A DNA stretch of 64,000 nt from Eledone cirrhosa (GCA_964016885.1 OZ024743.1:319362001-319426000); one strand, 5' to 3'; shown: positions 42,675 to 55,939, counted from the first letter of the stretch. Program-made: numbers and translations. The notes: generated from the letters alone by a model not told the origin.

Positions 42675-43142
42675 TTGACGGAACTAGCATGGGTATCACT
42701 GCTAGGACCGGTTGCATCTCACCATACTAAATAGGTAATGTTAAACAAACTCCCAGAGTATACACATAGTTATTCGCTTCAATACAACACACGTAAACGG
42801 GTACTTTCAGTTATTCCGAACTCGAGTTTCGGCCACACTCAATGCAGCAGCAGGGTGCACTGCGCCCTCTGTCCGTATATATTATGTAACAATGCATAAT
42901 CGGCGCATGTGGCTTCATCAGCGGGTTTCGCCTAATCAATAACCAATCGATCGAAAGAATTCGACTCCAGTCTGTGCCGGCTATGGTTGTTTGTGACGGC
43001 CACACAGTAAAGCGATTAACAACTGGAATCTCTACGCATCACAATGCTGTCCTCTGATTGGCTACCGATTTATAAATTTACGTGATGGCAGGAGACAAAA
43101 ATTCAAATAGTTCTGCCCCTGCCATAAGCACTCAGCCAACGT
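42672..43142 (-). mobile_element. ~470-bp non-coding hammerhead element (retrozyme-like), copy 1
   Basis: Homologous end to end with 55367-55835; hammerhead at 42815-42925. Confidence 0.8.
42815..42925 (-). ncRNA. Hammerhead with extended stem II
   Basis: CCG-CTGATGA-A-GCCACA...TGTGGC-C-GAAA-CTCGAG-TT-CGG. Confidence 0.7.
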
Positions 43143-43156
43143 ATGTATATGTATAT

Positions 43157-43305
43157 AAGGAAAAGAAATCGAAAATGCAACTGGAGTCTTTTTAAGAATA
43201 TTTATTTGTTTCCTTTACCGGTTTCACAGTTCTTATGCTTTTCAAAAGTAGAATGAGATGGAGGGTTTGTGGTTTTACACGCATCTGGTTGGTGTTCGAC
43301 AATTG
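43157..43305 (-). mobile_element. Family F1 copy without inversion (diverged)
   Basis: gaaatcgaaaatgcaactggagtc...ttaccggtttcacagttcttatgcttttcaaaag matches the F1 left arm and extends beyond it. Confidence 0.8.
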
Positions 43306-43310
43306 TGTGT

Positions 43311-43408
<98 letters not shown>

Positions 43409-43789
43409 TGTGTGCGTGTTTGCGTGAGTGTGTATACGTATATATATATATATATATATATATGGGATAACAAGTTATCGCTGTAGGTAATCCAGTTAGA
43501 GGTTGGGAGTGCTCTGCGTCGTGTATGTTATTGTTTTAATTATACGCTATTTCTCTATATAAGTGTTGCCTCGAGTGAATTATTTTCATATCTACATACT
43601 CTGATGTGTTGACCATAGTTGAATAATGTATTGGAGATCGAATAACGCAACATCAAGCGATTAGCGAACTCTAGACCCACATGATCAACGAAACAATTGT
43701 CAGTACTTTAAATAAAGCCCTTATTGTACAGCCAACCATGTTAATCTTCATTCTTTAACTATATATATGTATATATATATATATATATT

Positions 43790-44192
43790 TAAAAGAATAG
43801 AGGTGTAACACACAAGTTATTATATATTGGTAAACGGAATAGAAAATGCTGACAAATTGTTCACAGTGAAAAATAGTTTAATTAGGAATAAGTGAGAATT
43901 AGTAATTGTATTGGTTAGTATTCAGTTTTGGTTTTAAGCTTTACCGGTTGCGCATTTCTAATGCTTTTCAAAAATAATTTTGAGATAGAGCGTCCGTGAT
44001 GTTTGCTCTGATCAGAGCAAACATCACGGACGCTCTATCTCAAAATTATTTTTGAAAAGCATTAGAAATGCGCAACCGGTAAAGCTTAAAACCAAAACTG
44101 AATACTAACCAATACAATTACTAATTCTCACTTATTCCTAATTAAACTATTTTTCACTGTGAACAATTTGTCAGCATTTTCTATTCTGTTTA

Positions 44193-44202
<10 letters not shown>
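43790..44202. mobile_element. Fold-back hammerhead element family F1b in (TA)n
   Basis: ~190-bp arms centred on CTCTGA|TCAGAG (44011/44012), no loop; core TTGAAAA-GCAT tagaa ATGC-GCAA-CCGG-TA. Confidence 0.85.
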
Positions 44203-44269
<67 letters not shown>

Positions 44270-44275
<6 letters not shown>

Positions 44276-46340
44276 GGAGCGTTCCACAACAAATTAAGAA
44301 ACCATACATGAGAACAAGCGTTTCACCAAAAGGATTCTTCAACTCGTGTATATTTATAGCGAGAACGGAAGTATCTATGAGCTGGCTTGATACTGCGAGG
44401 CAGATATTAGTAGTTGAGGCTGTGAAAGGGAGGTAACCCACGTATGAATGTTGTAAGGGAACAACGTTTTAAGAACGATCCCTTGTGATAGTTCAACCCG
44501 GGTTTAACTTCTTGTTATCCTGGGTCCTTCCAGTTACGTAATATAAAATTGACAGCATAGGAGCAGCGACTAAAAGCATCGACTCTCATGTTAAGGAAAG
44601 AATTGTTATGTAACCTCTGCAAAATATTTGTTCTTTCATTGATGCACAACTTACAAGACTTCGTTCGATTTCCGTATGGATTCCATTTTGTGAGGACTTT
44701 CCATTGGGTGAAGAAGTTCACGCCTGAATCCTTGATTGAACATATGTGGCTCGTCAGCTTCGTGGACAACCACTTGTCAGAGTATCTAAAGGTCGTTTGA
44801 TGTTTAAGGAAGAGTTCTTTAAACTGAACTGGCCCTCCGACACGCCTACATATGTTTTTACTTTCCGCTGTTGATTCGGCCGGCTGAATCTAACTTCAGC
44901 CTCGAAGATACTGCTGTTTAAGATGGTATGATTCTGGCTTTCTGCAAGAGCATCAAGGTGGGGGTGCACTTTTGGGGTTGGTGGTTACGTGGGCTTTCAT
45001 ATTTTTAGCACAGTGATATCCGAGTTACACCCTGTTAAAGGCAGATCTGTGCGTATGCCCTACAGAGAAGACCTTGTCCAGTAGCTCTAGGAATTTCTTA
45101 CCTACATTATTTCTAGCTTGGATTGGCAGTATCGGTAGAGGGTTGGACGCCATGCTTTGCAGCAAAGAGTTACAGCCCTTTATGGTCTGAGTTCATATCC
45201 CGCCGAGGTTAACTTTGCCTTTCATCCTTACGGGGTCGATAAAATAATGTACCAGTAATACACTGCGATAATTGCTGGCCTTGTGCCAAAAGTAGAAAAA
45301 ATTATTTCTAGCTCCAAGCGAGAAGGGTGGACAGAACCAAATTATCTTTTTATTACTATTTTTTCTACTGCTAGTGTGATTAGGTGGGGGATAGGGCATT
45401 TTATAGGAGAATCCGCTGTTGGCTAACGCGGTGCCGCTCTGTCAAAGATGGGCTTGTTAGAAGAAACATTTGCAATCCTAGTGCTGATGTTTTTGACAAC
45501 GGTTTTAAAGACCGTAGGTGGTTGACATGAGTCCTTGATGTATTTCAGTCAATTATTAATTGCGTTTGTGGAAAAATCTGAATGTGCGTGTGTTAAGGTC
45601 TAGGTTGATGTCTAAATAATTTACGCTAGTCAGATTGGTGGCTGCAGTGATCTTATTTCTATCAGTGATCGATAGGTAGAAGTCTACTATTTCGAACTAG
45701 GGGAATCTAGCTTTGTTGGTGGTGAAAGAGTAAATCCACTTAATAACAGAGTCGCTGTTTTCCCATTAGGACAGGTTGGGTGGATTTTTTTTCCTAATGG
45801 TCACGACTAGTCATCTAAGTATAGATTTGCTAACAAGTTCTATCTCTGTCCGTGCTGGGTTTAACAGTCTGTAAGTGGGGTAAGTAGCAAAATCGGCTTT
45901 GTAATCCGTAAGGGTCATAAAAGCCTCACGATTAGCTAGGCATTTTAGTTTCATTTCTACATTAAGGGTAGAGGCTCGGTGCTTGGCTTCCCTATTGATA
46001 TTAACATAAAGCTGAGGGGTCTGCGTTTTTTATTCTTTGATGTTATGGTTTTGCATGTCAAGTGATTGTAAGTAGGTTGGTCAACTTCGTAAATATTATT
46101 AGTTTTATCAGATAGGACAAAAGTATTATTGGAGGATCAAAATTTGTTAATGCCTCTGCTAAGTTTGTATTGGAAAGGGTTAAAGTGTTTGCGAAAAGTA
46201 ATGTTAGCAACTAAGTCAAGAAGGTCCGCTTCGAAAGGAGCCAGGTCATTTACATTGGGCGGATAGGCTCTAGATTTCAGGTTGTCGGTGTTGATAATGC
46301 TCGTAATTTTTCCGTCCATCACAAGCATTTGACGTTTCGA
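44270..46340 (-). mobile_element. Penelope-like retroelement, Naiad-like; degenerate and internally deleted
   Basis: LAPFEADLLDLVANITF..NPFQYKL, YRLLNPARTEI, IVDFYLSI, YLDINL, KIIWFCPPFS, KTYVGVSEG (GIY-YIG) and CKLCINER motifs; 3' hammerhead-like motif at 44306-44349. Confidence 0.85.
45119..45300 (+). mobile_element. SINE family A inserted in the Naiad-like ORF, 13-bp TSD
   Basis: TSD ATTATTTCTAGCT at 45106-45118 and 45301-45313; excision restores FSLGARNNVGKKFLELLDK. Confidence 0.92.
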
Positions 46341-46474
46341 ATAAACGCTATAATTCTGACTTGACACACTGTAATACAAAGTTTTAAACATATCATCCAA
46401 CAGATTATAGGTTTGTATACGTCATAATACTATAGACTCATACACTATTTTGTTTGACCTCCGTAAATATACGA

Positions 46475-46770
46475 AGGCATGTAGCTTGGTGTTTAGGGTA
46501 TTCAGTTCACGAAAAGTTATATCAATCTCCGGTGGCGCATTATGTCCTTCAACAAGACACTTTATTTCAAGTTACTCCAATCCAAGCATGTAACAAATGT
46601 GTTGTATATATAATTCAAACAGTCAATCTGGTCATACACTGTCAAGCCGAATCTTCCGGGAATTACGTTAAAGGGTAACGAGTTTGTGAAATGAACAGCC
46701 ATTTGCACTTTAATTTCACAAGCAGAGGGTTTTGTTTATCGAACAATTAGAACACTGGACGGAGGCCCAA
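46475..46770 (+). mobile_element. SINE family B
   Basis: ggcatgtagcttggtgtttagggt...caagacactttatttcaagttactcca. Confidence 0.65.
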
Positions 46771-48564
46771 CAAGTAAATATAATAACCAGAATCACATTA
46801 CATTATAACTAAAATAATCTATTCAGATATAAGGCCTGACAGTAGCCCACATAATGTAACATAATGTAAGTCTTCTAACTTTTATTTTTGTAAATTATTG
46901 AACTTTATCCTTCTAAATATGTTCTATTTAGGTATTGTTACTCCCCGACTATATCGTTTTTGAGTTGGCTCAGATACATTTTTTTTTTTGCACCTGATAT
47001 CATCGAGCAGTTATGTGGACTAGATTGCATGTAGCATTGTATCGATCTAAATCCTTATTATAACTTAATCCCGATCATATGATTTGATCGGTTGAACGCT
47101 TTGGTTTGTCTAGCGAAATGCTTGAATTTTTATCATTTTCCCGCTAATTTACCCGGATAGTCAATTTCTGTCATGCTGTTGTAAAATAGGTAGTAGTTAC
47201 TCTAGCAGAACACAAGGCTACAACACGTCTGGTTTCGCCTCTCTCTGGATATGACATGGATTTTCAGTTATTTGTTCTTAAGACAGCCAGCTGAGAAGAG
47301 GCTTGGTCTTAATTTGTGGATTAACAATTTCTAATACTTGTAATTAGAATATTATTCGCGGGTCGAAAGCATACTGTTCAGGTGTTTGAAATGTAAGTCT
47401 TTTAATGTTACTTTGTTAAATTCTCCAGGCGAACTTGGTCACCGCACTGCTGATTTCCTCCGTAACGTCGGAAAGACAGCAGCCCGCTTGATGTGGTAGC
47501 CACGTCAGGTGAAATGGCTGTTACAGCAGGTGTCTTCGGACATTCTCCGTGGTAACGCTTTTCACATTTTGTCCGAGGGGCGCGGCTGAAATACCGTTCA
47601 GGCTGGAGTGTAGAGTCTGCCCCCTCCCTTCCCTTTCTTCTCTTCTTTTGTTCTTGATCCCTTTTTTCTTTTTCTTCTTTTCATGTCCTTTTTTTCTTCT
47701 TTTTGTTTACCTTTTAATAGTTTTGTTTCTATTAGATTCTACACAATCATTTTAAAATAAGGTTGAGTGTTTTTCATGATATTGCGAAATTTTGTATATT
47801 TACTATGTTTGTTTTTCATTTCAAATATTTTATATATTTTATAATGTAACCACAGTAGATTGCTAAAAAATCGGGTAAAATACTCCTACAGACGGAAAAA
47901 CATTGCCAGCGGTCGCTACGAAGTATCAAATATCGTACCTCTCAAATTGCGGTGGAGTGTTCTGCATCATTGAGCTAAACTATCTTTGACAGTGAGGTTA
48001 TAGTTATTTTCTGCTATTGAGATTTTTACATTTTCTCAGAATTTCAATCACCTTAACGCTTCCATACTTTACTTTCAAAATATTTATATTTAAGCTGATG
48101 TTCCGTTAGCTTTCTATTTAGATGGAAGTTGTTTCTACATAGGAAGTGGAGGCAGTAAGAGCAACAGCCTAATAGGATTGGGGACCCTATCATTATTCCA
48201 CCCGAGAAACCTTCCAGAAGATACAAACTCAATGGAGGGCAGCTAAGCCTGTATGTGTGTGAGATGTAAATTTCATTCCGTTTCATTTAATTTTGCCGTT
48301 CATTTTTCCAGGTTCGATAAAATAAAATACCAGTAATGTGCTGAGTCCCTTACCCGAAATTGTCAGTCTTGTATCTAAATTAGAAACCATCGTAATATCG
48401 TTTCTAGGGAGGTGAATTTTTCAGAAATGCAAGAACGTCTGACAAGATGCCAAAAACTAGATCTTTACATCGTTTGACGTCACAGATGTCACATTTTATC
48501 TTTCCAGGTCGCTAGAATAAAGTAGCAGTGAAGTATTTGATGAATTGAATCGAGTATACCGTGT

Positions 48565-49205
48565 CCCTTCATCATCACCACCACTTTCACCACCTTCACA
48601 ACCATCACTACCACTTCCATCACTACCACCACTTCCATCATCACCACTATCATTACCACCACCGCCACAACCATCACTACCACCATCAACACCTCAACCA
48701 TCATCACCATCATCATCACCACCGTCGCCATTACCTTCTCCACTACTTCCAACACCACTACCAACACCATTATCATCATCATCATCACCCTCATCCCCAC
48801 CTCACCATCACCATCAACACCATCACCATCAACACCACTACCTCCGCTACAATCACCACCGCCATCATCACCACCATCATCGTCATCAATGCCAACATCA
48901 ACAGCAGCTCCTATCGTAATTACCATAAGACTCACTCAGAACCGTGCCATCATTATAATTATTATTCTCACTTAAACCCACCCCACCAACAACCACCACG
49001 ACCCCATTCAGCATCCTTATCCCTGCCACCACCACTAACACCAACCTCCACCACAATTTTTACCACCACTAAAGCCCATCACAACTACCACCACCAACAT
49101 CACCTTTATCCCCCCAACTTCCTATCACCACCGCTACCACTGCCAACACTACCACCACTACGACAACCACCACCACAACCACCACCACCACCACCATCAC
49201 GACCA
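48565..49205. repeat. (CAC/CAT)n degenerate trinucleotide low-complexity tract
   Basis: His/Pro/Thr-rich ORFs in several frames at once. Confidence 0.9.
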
Positions 49206-49525
49206 TAAGCCTCTCTATCACTAGCCTTCGGCATCTTCAGATATTCCTAAACGGTGAACAGGTATGGTTGTCGTTTGTCAGACGTGTCTTTCCGCAGCAC
49301 GTCTCTTTGAATTAGCTGCAGTCGTTGGTGAAGCGAAGACCAGGATTGCGCTCCTGAGATCTGGAATGTTGTCAGGCACTTACAGGCGTTACCATTCGGA
49401 CAATGCGCTCAGTGGAAATTCCACGCTCGAGAGATCTACAGATGACTAGTGGTGCGCAAGTGCGACCAAATTCTCGAAGAAGTTCTGGGCGCTGATGTGA
49501 ACGAACTACTCAGTCTATTCCGGAG

Positions 49526-49637
<112 letters not shown>

Positions 49638-50204
49638 ATAGGTTTACGAAAACGTTCATATTAATTCATCAATCTCCGGCCACGACTCACCCACTCAATG
49701 AATCTATAAGATTGCAATAGTGAGACTGCATCCCGTTGTTCAGAGTGCACATATTTTAGTTAATAGCAATAAGTTCATGAAATCACAATACTACGAAGTA
49801 CTTCACGCATGCATGGTACAGCAACACCACGCCACACATCGTCTTACTCAATGCTAACTGGAACGAATCCAGTAACAGAGTATTTCAACAAGGATTAATA
49901 TTATCAGCGACCAAACGACCATCAAATCATCCAATAAAGAGATCAAAATTGTTGATATGTCCCACAAAATAATTTTGGTCATCAATAAAACTTAATACAA
50001 CTAACATCAAACAATCACTAATCGCGTCAGCGAATAAAAGCATTAGAATATTGATATCTATCCAACCCAGAGTTAGTTTCACCAAAAGCCGGACTGTTAG
50101 TAACAGTTAAGTAAATAAGTGTATATTCCAATAGTCAGTTGCATCATATAGATCACCTGGAAAACAACACAGGGAAACAAAGACATTTTTCAGATAGTCA
50201 CCAT

Positions 50205-50776
50205 ATGGTGGCTGCCAACTCGTTTTCGAGTACGGCCACTACTTTACATCCATGTAGGATAACCCCTACCGAAGCGCTGAACGAGTGTGACTTTTTAGTC
50301 CAGCCAGCGACTTGAAACCTCTGGTATAAACACTACACTTGTGACAATTATTGACACATAGTGTAGGACAACTATTGACACATAGTGCTGGGCCCATGTG
50401 AGGACAAGTGCAGAGAGATCTCCAGATATAAAGCAATGCCTGTGCCGTGAAGCTTTTATAGTGAGCAAAGGCACTGCACAAAGCCAGTCCCACTCTCTTA
50501 ACCAAGATGATATTTACCAAAAAGAAGAACAAGTCAACATCATTGGATACCATCAAGGTTGCAGGTGTTATATCAGAGTTTTCCTTCTCCTAGAATTCTG
50601 TCTTGACAAAGGCTAAGGGGTCATCTCTCCCGGTGATTTTGGATGGCCATTGATTCTTAAGAGCTCCTTTGCCCTTTGACAGGTTTTGTTTTTAGTCCTG
50701 CAGGATGTCCAAAGTCACCCTCCTCACCAAGAAACCTTGGTGGGGTTGCCAGTTTAGTCATCAACGACCCGACCAT
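50205..50776 (-). mobile_element. Non-autonomous bipartite RTE-derived element (~570 bp)
   Basis: 5' ~130 nt match the 5' end of the RTE at 57809; 3' end carries a C2H2 remnant shared with 38751-39166. Confidence 0.8.
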
Positions 50777-50830
50777 ACATACATACACACATACATACAT
50801 ATACACACACACACACTCACACACACACAG

Positions 50831-50876
<46 letters not shown>

Positions 50877-51204
50877 GTGTGTGTTGTGTGTGTATGTATA
50901 TACAGGTGGGCCAGAATTCACGACTCGCTTGTTAGTTATATTTCTTAATATGCCTCAGAGGTTTTTTATTTATAAATAATCTATAAATAATCAAGTGAGT
51001 CATGAATTCTCCCCCCCCCCCCCTGTATATGCGTGTGTGCGTAAGTACGTGCTTGTGTGTGGGCAGATATATATTTACAAATCATATTTATGTTTCCCAG
51101 TGTAATCAAATATATATGAGCTTGATTCTTGGATTAGATTGTATTTTCTTGTTCCTATCTTTCAATAATTATGATGATGATGATGATGATGATGAAAATA
51201 ATAA

Positions 51205-51390
51205 TAATAATTGTTTCTACTTCAGGCACAAGGCCAGCAATTACCCAGTGCATTACTGGTACTTTATTTTATCGACCCCGTAAGGATGAAAGGCAAAGTT
51301 AACCTCGGCGGGATTTGAAATCAGAATGGCAAAGGCCGTAACTCCATGCGTCAAAGCATGGTGTCCGACCCTCTTCCGATACTGCCAATA
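51205..51390 (-). mobile_element. SINE family A
   Basis: Reverse complement of the 14393-14580 type. Confidence 0.88.
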
Positions 51391-51408
51391 ATAATAATAA
51401 TAATAATA

Positions 51409-52680
51409 GGTGTTCTGGAGGCAGATGACATCAAGAACAAAAAAATGAAGGAATTGATAAGATCTGAATACATAAGTAGAGTAAGGAATAAATTAAAATC
51501 ACTTCTAAATATTAGGAATGTCATAAGTGCAGTGAATTCCCGAGCTGTGTCTATTATTAGGTACAGTGCGGGAATTCTGAAATGGAATGTTGCTGAACAA
51601 AAAGAAATGGATAGGAAGACTAGGAAGCTATTGACTATCTACAACATGTTCCACAAGAGGAGTGATGTCGATAGACTCTACTTAAAGAGATCTGAAGGTG
51701 GAAGAGGTCTTATCAGCATAGAGGACTGTGTTCAGATGGAGAAAAACAACCTGCACAAATTTGTGGCTGACAGTAGGGCGCCAATGCTCAAAATTGTACT
51801 GAAGGAGAAGACAATAGATCAGGATATGTCCAAGGAGAAAATAACATCAAGGAGAAAGAGCAGCCTTCATGAAAAATCCCTTCATAGTACCTTCTTTGAG
51901 AAAACTGAATTCAGAGATCCACAGACATGGAACTGGTTGAAAAGAGGAGACCTTAAAAAGGCTACAGAAGGAATGTTAATGGCTGCGCAGGAGCAGGCCC
52001 TCAAAACGAAGTGGTTGAAACACCATGTTTACAAGGAGGAGGCTAGCCCACTGTGCAGGATCTATGGAGAGAGAGAGAGGAGACTGTGGCTCACATTGTA
52101 TCCTCACTATAAGGGCTGGAGACATGATGTGATGGGCAGGGTGATCCACTGGCACCTATGCAAGGTAAACAATTTACCACATTCTGAGAAGTGGTATGAG
52201 CATAAGCCAGAGTCGGTGATAGAAAACGATCAGGTGAAGGTGCTGTGGGATTTTAGGATACAGACGGACAAGAAACTGGAACACAATAGACCTGACCTGG
52301 TGGTTGTGGACAAAGAAAAAAGATCGTGCCTGATTGTGGATGTGGCTTGCCCATTCGACACGAGAATGCGAGAGAAGGAGAAGGAGAAATTAAGCGATAC
52401 CAGGACTTAAAGTGGGAGGTAAAAACGATTTGGAACTGCCATGAAGTCAAAGTGGTCCCGATTGTCATAGGCGCACTAGGTACTATCTCAAGGAGTTTCC
52501 AGGGATGGTTAAAGAAAATTGGCCCTTCACGCTTTTTGAAACGCTTCAAAAGGCATGCTTGCTGGGAACAGCAAGAACCCTCCGATACGTCCTGAATATC
52601 TGAGGCTGCAGGTAGTGGCTTGATATTCATTTCAACAAACTTTCCAGTTAACTAACATCAATGACTGAGACTCAAAGAAT
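51409..52680 (+). mobile_element. R4/Dong-like non-LTR retrotransposon, 5'-truncated, in (TAA)n
   Basis: DVDRLYLKRSEGGRGL, AAQEQAL, RHD, NRPDLVVVD, DVACP and VPIVIGALG motifs; (AAT)n on both sides. Confidence 0.92.
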
Positions 52681-53606
52681 AATAATAATAATAATACTAA
52701 ACCTGATGCTGCTGTTGCCTTGGACTGTTATGTCCAGTCACTGCTGCTGTCCCGAAAAAACGTCCTCGATAGAATATTAGCACTAAACTCCGTTGATAAT
52801 TCACGCTACCAGTCCTAGTTGTGTAAATTCTCTGGATATTTTCGGGAATAACACGTAGTTTCAGAGCTCAGTGCTTTTCATATGCACTCACCAGCTGCAG
52901 GGTGTAGCGATGAGACCACTTGGTCCGGGTTCAATCGGGGGTAACCACAGGAAGTAAGGTACTAAATACATAGTAGAATATGAGAACACAATTAGTTAGC
53001 TTGCATTTTTTATAGCAGTGTTTAGGTTTTGGTTACACTGATCTATCTCCTGGACAGAATTCCGTTTCATCGTAATCATCCGCCTATAACAGTTATTAGA
53101 TTCGTTATATGCAGAGGATTGCGTAATATCAGCAAATGTTACGCAATTACGACTCATCATCAGGATGGCCGTGTAATCACATATCAGTCTAAAATGTGTA
53201 GACAATTAGTGAGTCCACCATTGTGCTATCATGCGAACGCTATCATGCGAACGCTAAAATTCAGGAAGACAGTTAGTGGAAACAACACGTTGATTATTTG
53301 GTAGAATACATAGACATATGCAAGAGTTGATTTGTCATATAAAATCAAACAAACAACATCAATATATGATTAATATATAAAAATGTATAGAAATATTCTA
53401 ACCTTATACCAGAGGCAAATAAGATCCATGGGTGGGAGTACATAATATATAGATTACGTAAGTCACCGAATTTATTTTAGTGACCACCGACCAGAGCTCA
53501 CGCACTCAATGAGATTCTAAGTGTGCAGTTGCTAGGCTGCACGTTTCATTACATAGCTAACATAATTAGTTAGTTAGTGAGTTTTATTGCAGTCTTCAGG
53601 TATTGG

Positions 53607-53719
<113 letters not shown>

Positions 53720-53817
53720 CTGCTCTCTTTATCTGGTTGGAGAGTAAGGCGGGGGAAGATATTACTTTTCATCTTCCATTTACACGTATGTCTGTAAATA
53801 TAAACATAAATATGAAA

Positions 53818-53867
<50 letters not shown>

Positions 53868-53872
<5 letters not shown>

Positions 53873-54535
53873 ATAAAATGAGTCCCTCATCAGTGATTTG
53901 CCGAAGATCATAGATATTTCATTGCATTAAAAATCATATACCTCACTTCGGTGCAATAATAACCAAAATGAGTTATTAGGACAATTAAAACGCGTAAAGC
54001 GAGTGAGACAGGAGAACAACAGTGTAAGGCTAACCAGGGGAAAGAAACAAGCTTCAAAAATTATTCTGTTTAGCATAAGCTAGGTGAATATATGAGCGCT
54101 TTTAGAACAGACAATACACGAGCGAAGGCTATGAGCGGAGAGAGAAAAATAGCTTTCGTGGTGTACAGGATGAAATGAAGAGAAGAGAGAGAAACAGTGA
54201 GTGAGTGAAAGTGTGAGGAAGAGTTAACTGACATGACAGAGGGGGAGAAACAGAGAGAATGGGGGAACAGTAAGAGAGAGAGAAAAAAAACACAGAATCG
54301 CAGTGGTAAATATATGTGATAAAATATAGAGAAAAATACTGCAGGTAGCACATGGATAACATGTAATAAAATGAGTCCCTCATCAGTGATTTGCCGAAGA
54401 TCATAGATATTTCATTGCATTAAAAATCATATACCTCACTTCGGTGCAATAATAACCAAAATAAGTTATTAGGACAATTAAAACGCGTAAAGCGAGTGAG
54501 ACAGGAGAACAACAGTGTAAGGCTAACCAGGGGAA
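53868..54535 (-). mobile_element. Non-coding element with 175-bp terminal direct repeats (493-bp period) in (TA)n
   Basis: 53868-54042 and 54361-54535 differ at one position by eye; each has CTGATGA on the minus strand. Confidence 0.8.
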
Positions 54536-54551
54536 TATATATATATATATA

Positions 54552-54777
54552 TAAAATAAAGTAATTAAGTCAAATATTTAAGATTTGGCTTCGTTTATTA
54601 AAGTCTGCATACATCTTTAATAAACGAAGCCAAATCTTAAATATTTGACTTAATTACTTTATTTTACATTACTCCGGAGTAACCAAACCAACCTGCGTAC
54701 TTCGTCGAGTGCTCCAATCTGCATATTAAGGTGTCGGTAAACAACCAACATATACTAAAACAAAATAAAAAAAAATA

Positions 54778-54780
<3 letters not shown>
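54552..54780. mobile_element. Fold-back element family F4 in (TA)n
   Basis: 52-bp perfect arms (54552-54603 and 54615-54666), 11-nt loop, one-sided tail. Confidence 0.8.
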
Positions 54781-54869
<89 letters not shown>

Positions 54870-55019
54870 TATATATATATGTGTGTGTCTGTGTGTGTGG
54901 GTGTCTGTGCGTGTCTGTGTGTGTGTGCGTGTCTGTGTGTATGTGCGTGTCTGTGTGTGTGTGTGTGTATAATGTATAAATAGATATATGCATGTATATA
55001 CATGCGAATGTAATAAAAA

Positions 55020-55330
55020 AACAAAACAGAAAAAGGAAGAAATATATTACTTTAACGCTTGATATAGTGGGAAACGAGTGATAATGTTTCGTACACTAGT
55101 TCTTCATCAGAAGATAGGAGAAATATATATATATTGTATATATATATATAGACATTGTACCCCAAAATGGTTGACTGAACTTCCTTTTTTCACTCTCTAT
55201 GTTTCTGTTTCTTCTTTTATTTCTCCTATCTTCTGATGAAGAACTAGTGTACGAAAGCCATGGGCCTTGGAGACATGAACCGAATGCTACCATTCTATTT
55301 TATATCAATGTGAACTGCTATTTCTAATGG
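55020..55330. mobile_element. Inverted pair of pLTR-like fragments with degenerate hammerhead cores
   Basis: 55087-55125 is the reverse complement of 55218-55256 (ctgatgaagaactagtgtacgaaa). Confidence 0.6.
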
Positions 55331-55366
55331 CCATCTTTTCACCCTTTGATAATTTGTGTGTGAGAC

Positions 55367-55835
55367 ACGTTGGCTGAGTCCTTCAGACAAGAACGAAAAG
55401 ATTGATTCTTTTTAGCTTCCCGTCCCCACGTAACATTTGTAAATCAGTGGCTAGTTGAGAGATAGAGTCTTATCGGGTGCCAATTGCTAATAGCTTTACC
55501 GTGTCAGTCGTCACAAACAGTCATGGCCGACATAGACTGGTCTTAGGATTCTGTCGATCGATTGGTTATTGATTAGGCGATACCCGCTGATGAAGCCGCA
55601 TAAGCCGATTGTGCATTGTTACATAATATATGCAGACAGATAGTGCAGTGCACCTTACTGCTGCATTAGTGCGGCAGAAACTCGAGTCCGAGAACCTTAT
55701 AGGCACTCGTTTTACGTGTGTTGTATTGAAGCAAATAACTTTGTGCATACTCTGGTAATGTATCTTATATTGCCCATGGAGTGCGCTGAGGTACAACTGG
55801 TACTGGCATTGATAAATATGCTGGGTCCATCAACC
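55367..55835 (+). mobile_element. ~470-bp non-coding hammerhead element (retrozyme-like), copy 2
   Basis: Starts ACGTTGGCTGAGT and ends TCC(A/G)TCAAC like copy 1; hammerhead at 55583-55692. Confidence 0.8.
55583..55692 (+). ncRNA. Hammerhead with extended stem II, GUC cleavage triplet
   Basis: CCCG-CTGATGA-A-GCCGCA...TGCGGC-A-GAAA-CTCGAG-TC-CGAG. Confidence 0.7.
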
Positions 55836-55859
55836 CTTATTATTATATTTATATATATT

Positions 55860-55932
<73 letters not shown>

Positions 55933-55939
<7 letters not shown>

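Noticed and set aside
44953-44955. In-frame TGA as selenocysteine (reported for some Naiads)
   Set aside because: It precedes an intact CSC motif rather than replacing a Cys, in a heavily mutated copy; no SECIS recognised.
48489-49208. His-rich or Pro-rich protein
   Set aside because: Degenerate (CAY)n tract open in several frames and on both strands; no exon evidence.
51346-52410. 354-aa ORF as a host gene
   Set aside because: It starts inside a SINE, runs through (AAT)n and continues in a frameshifted R4-like retrotransposon.
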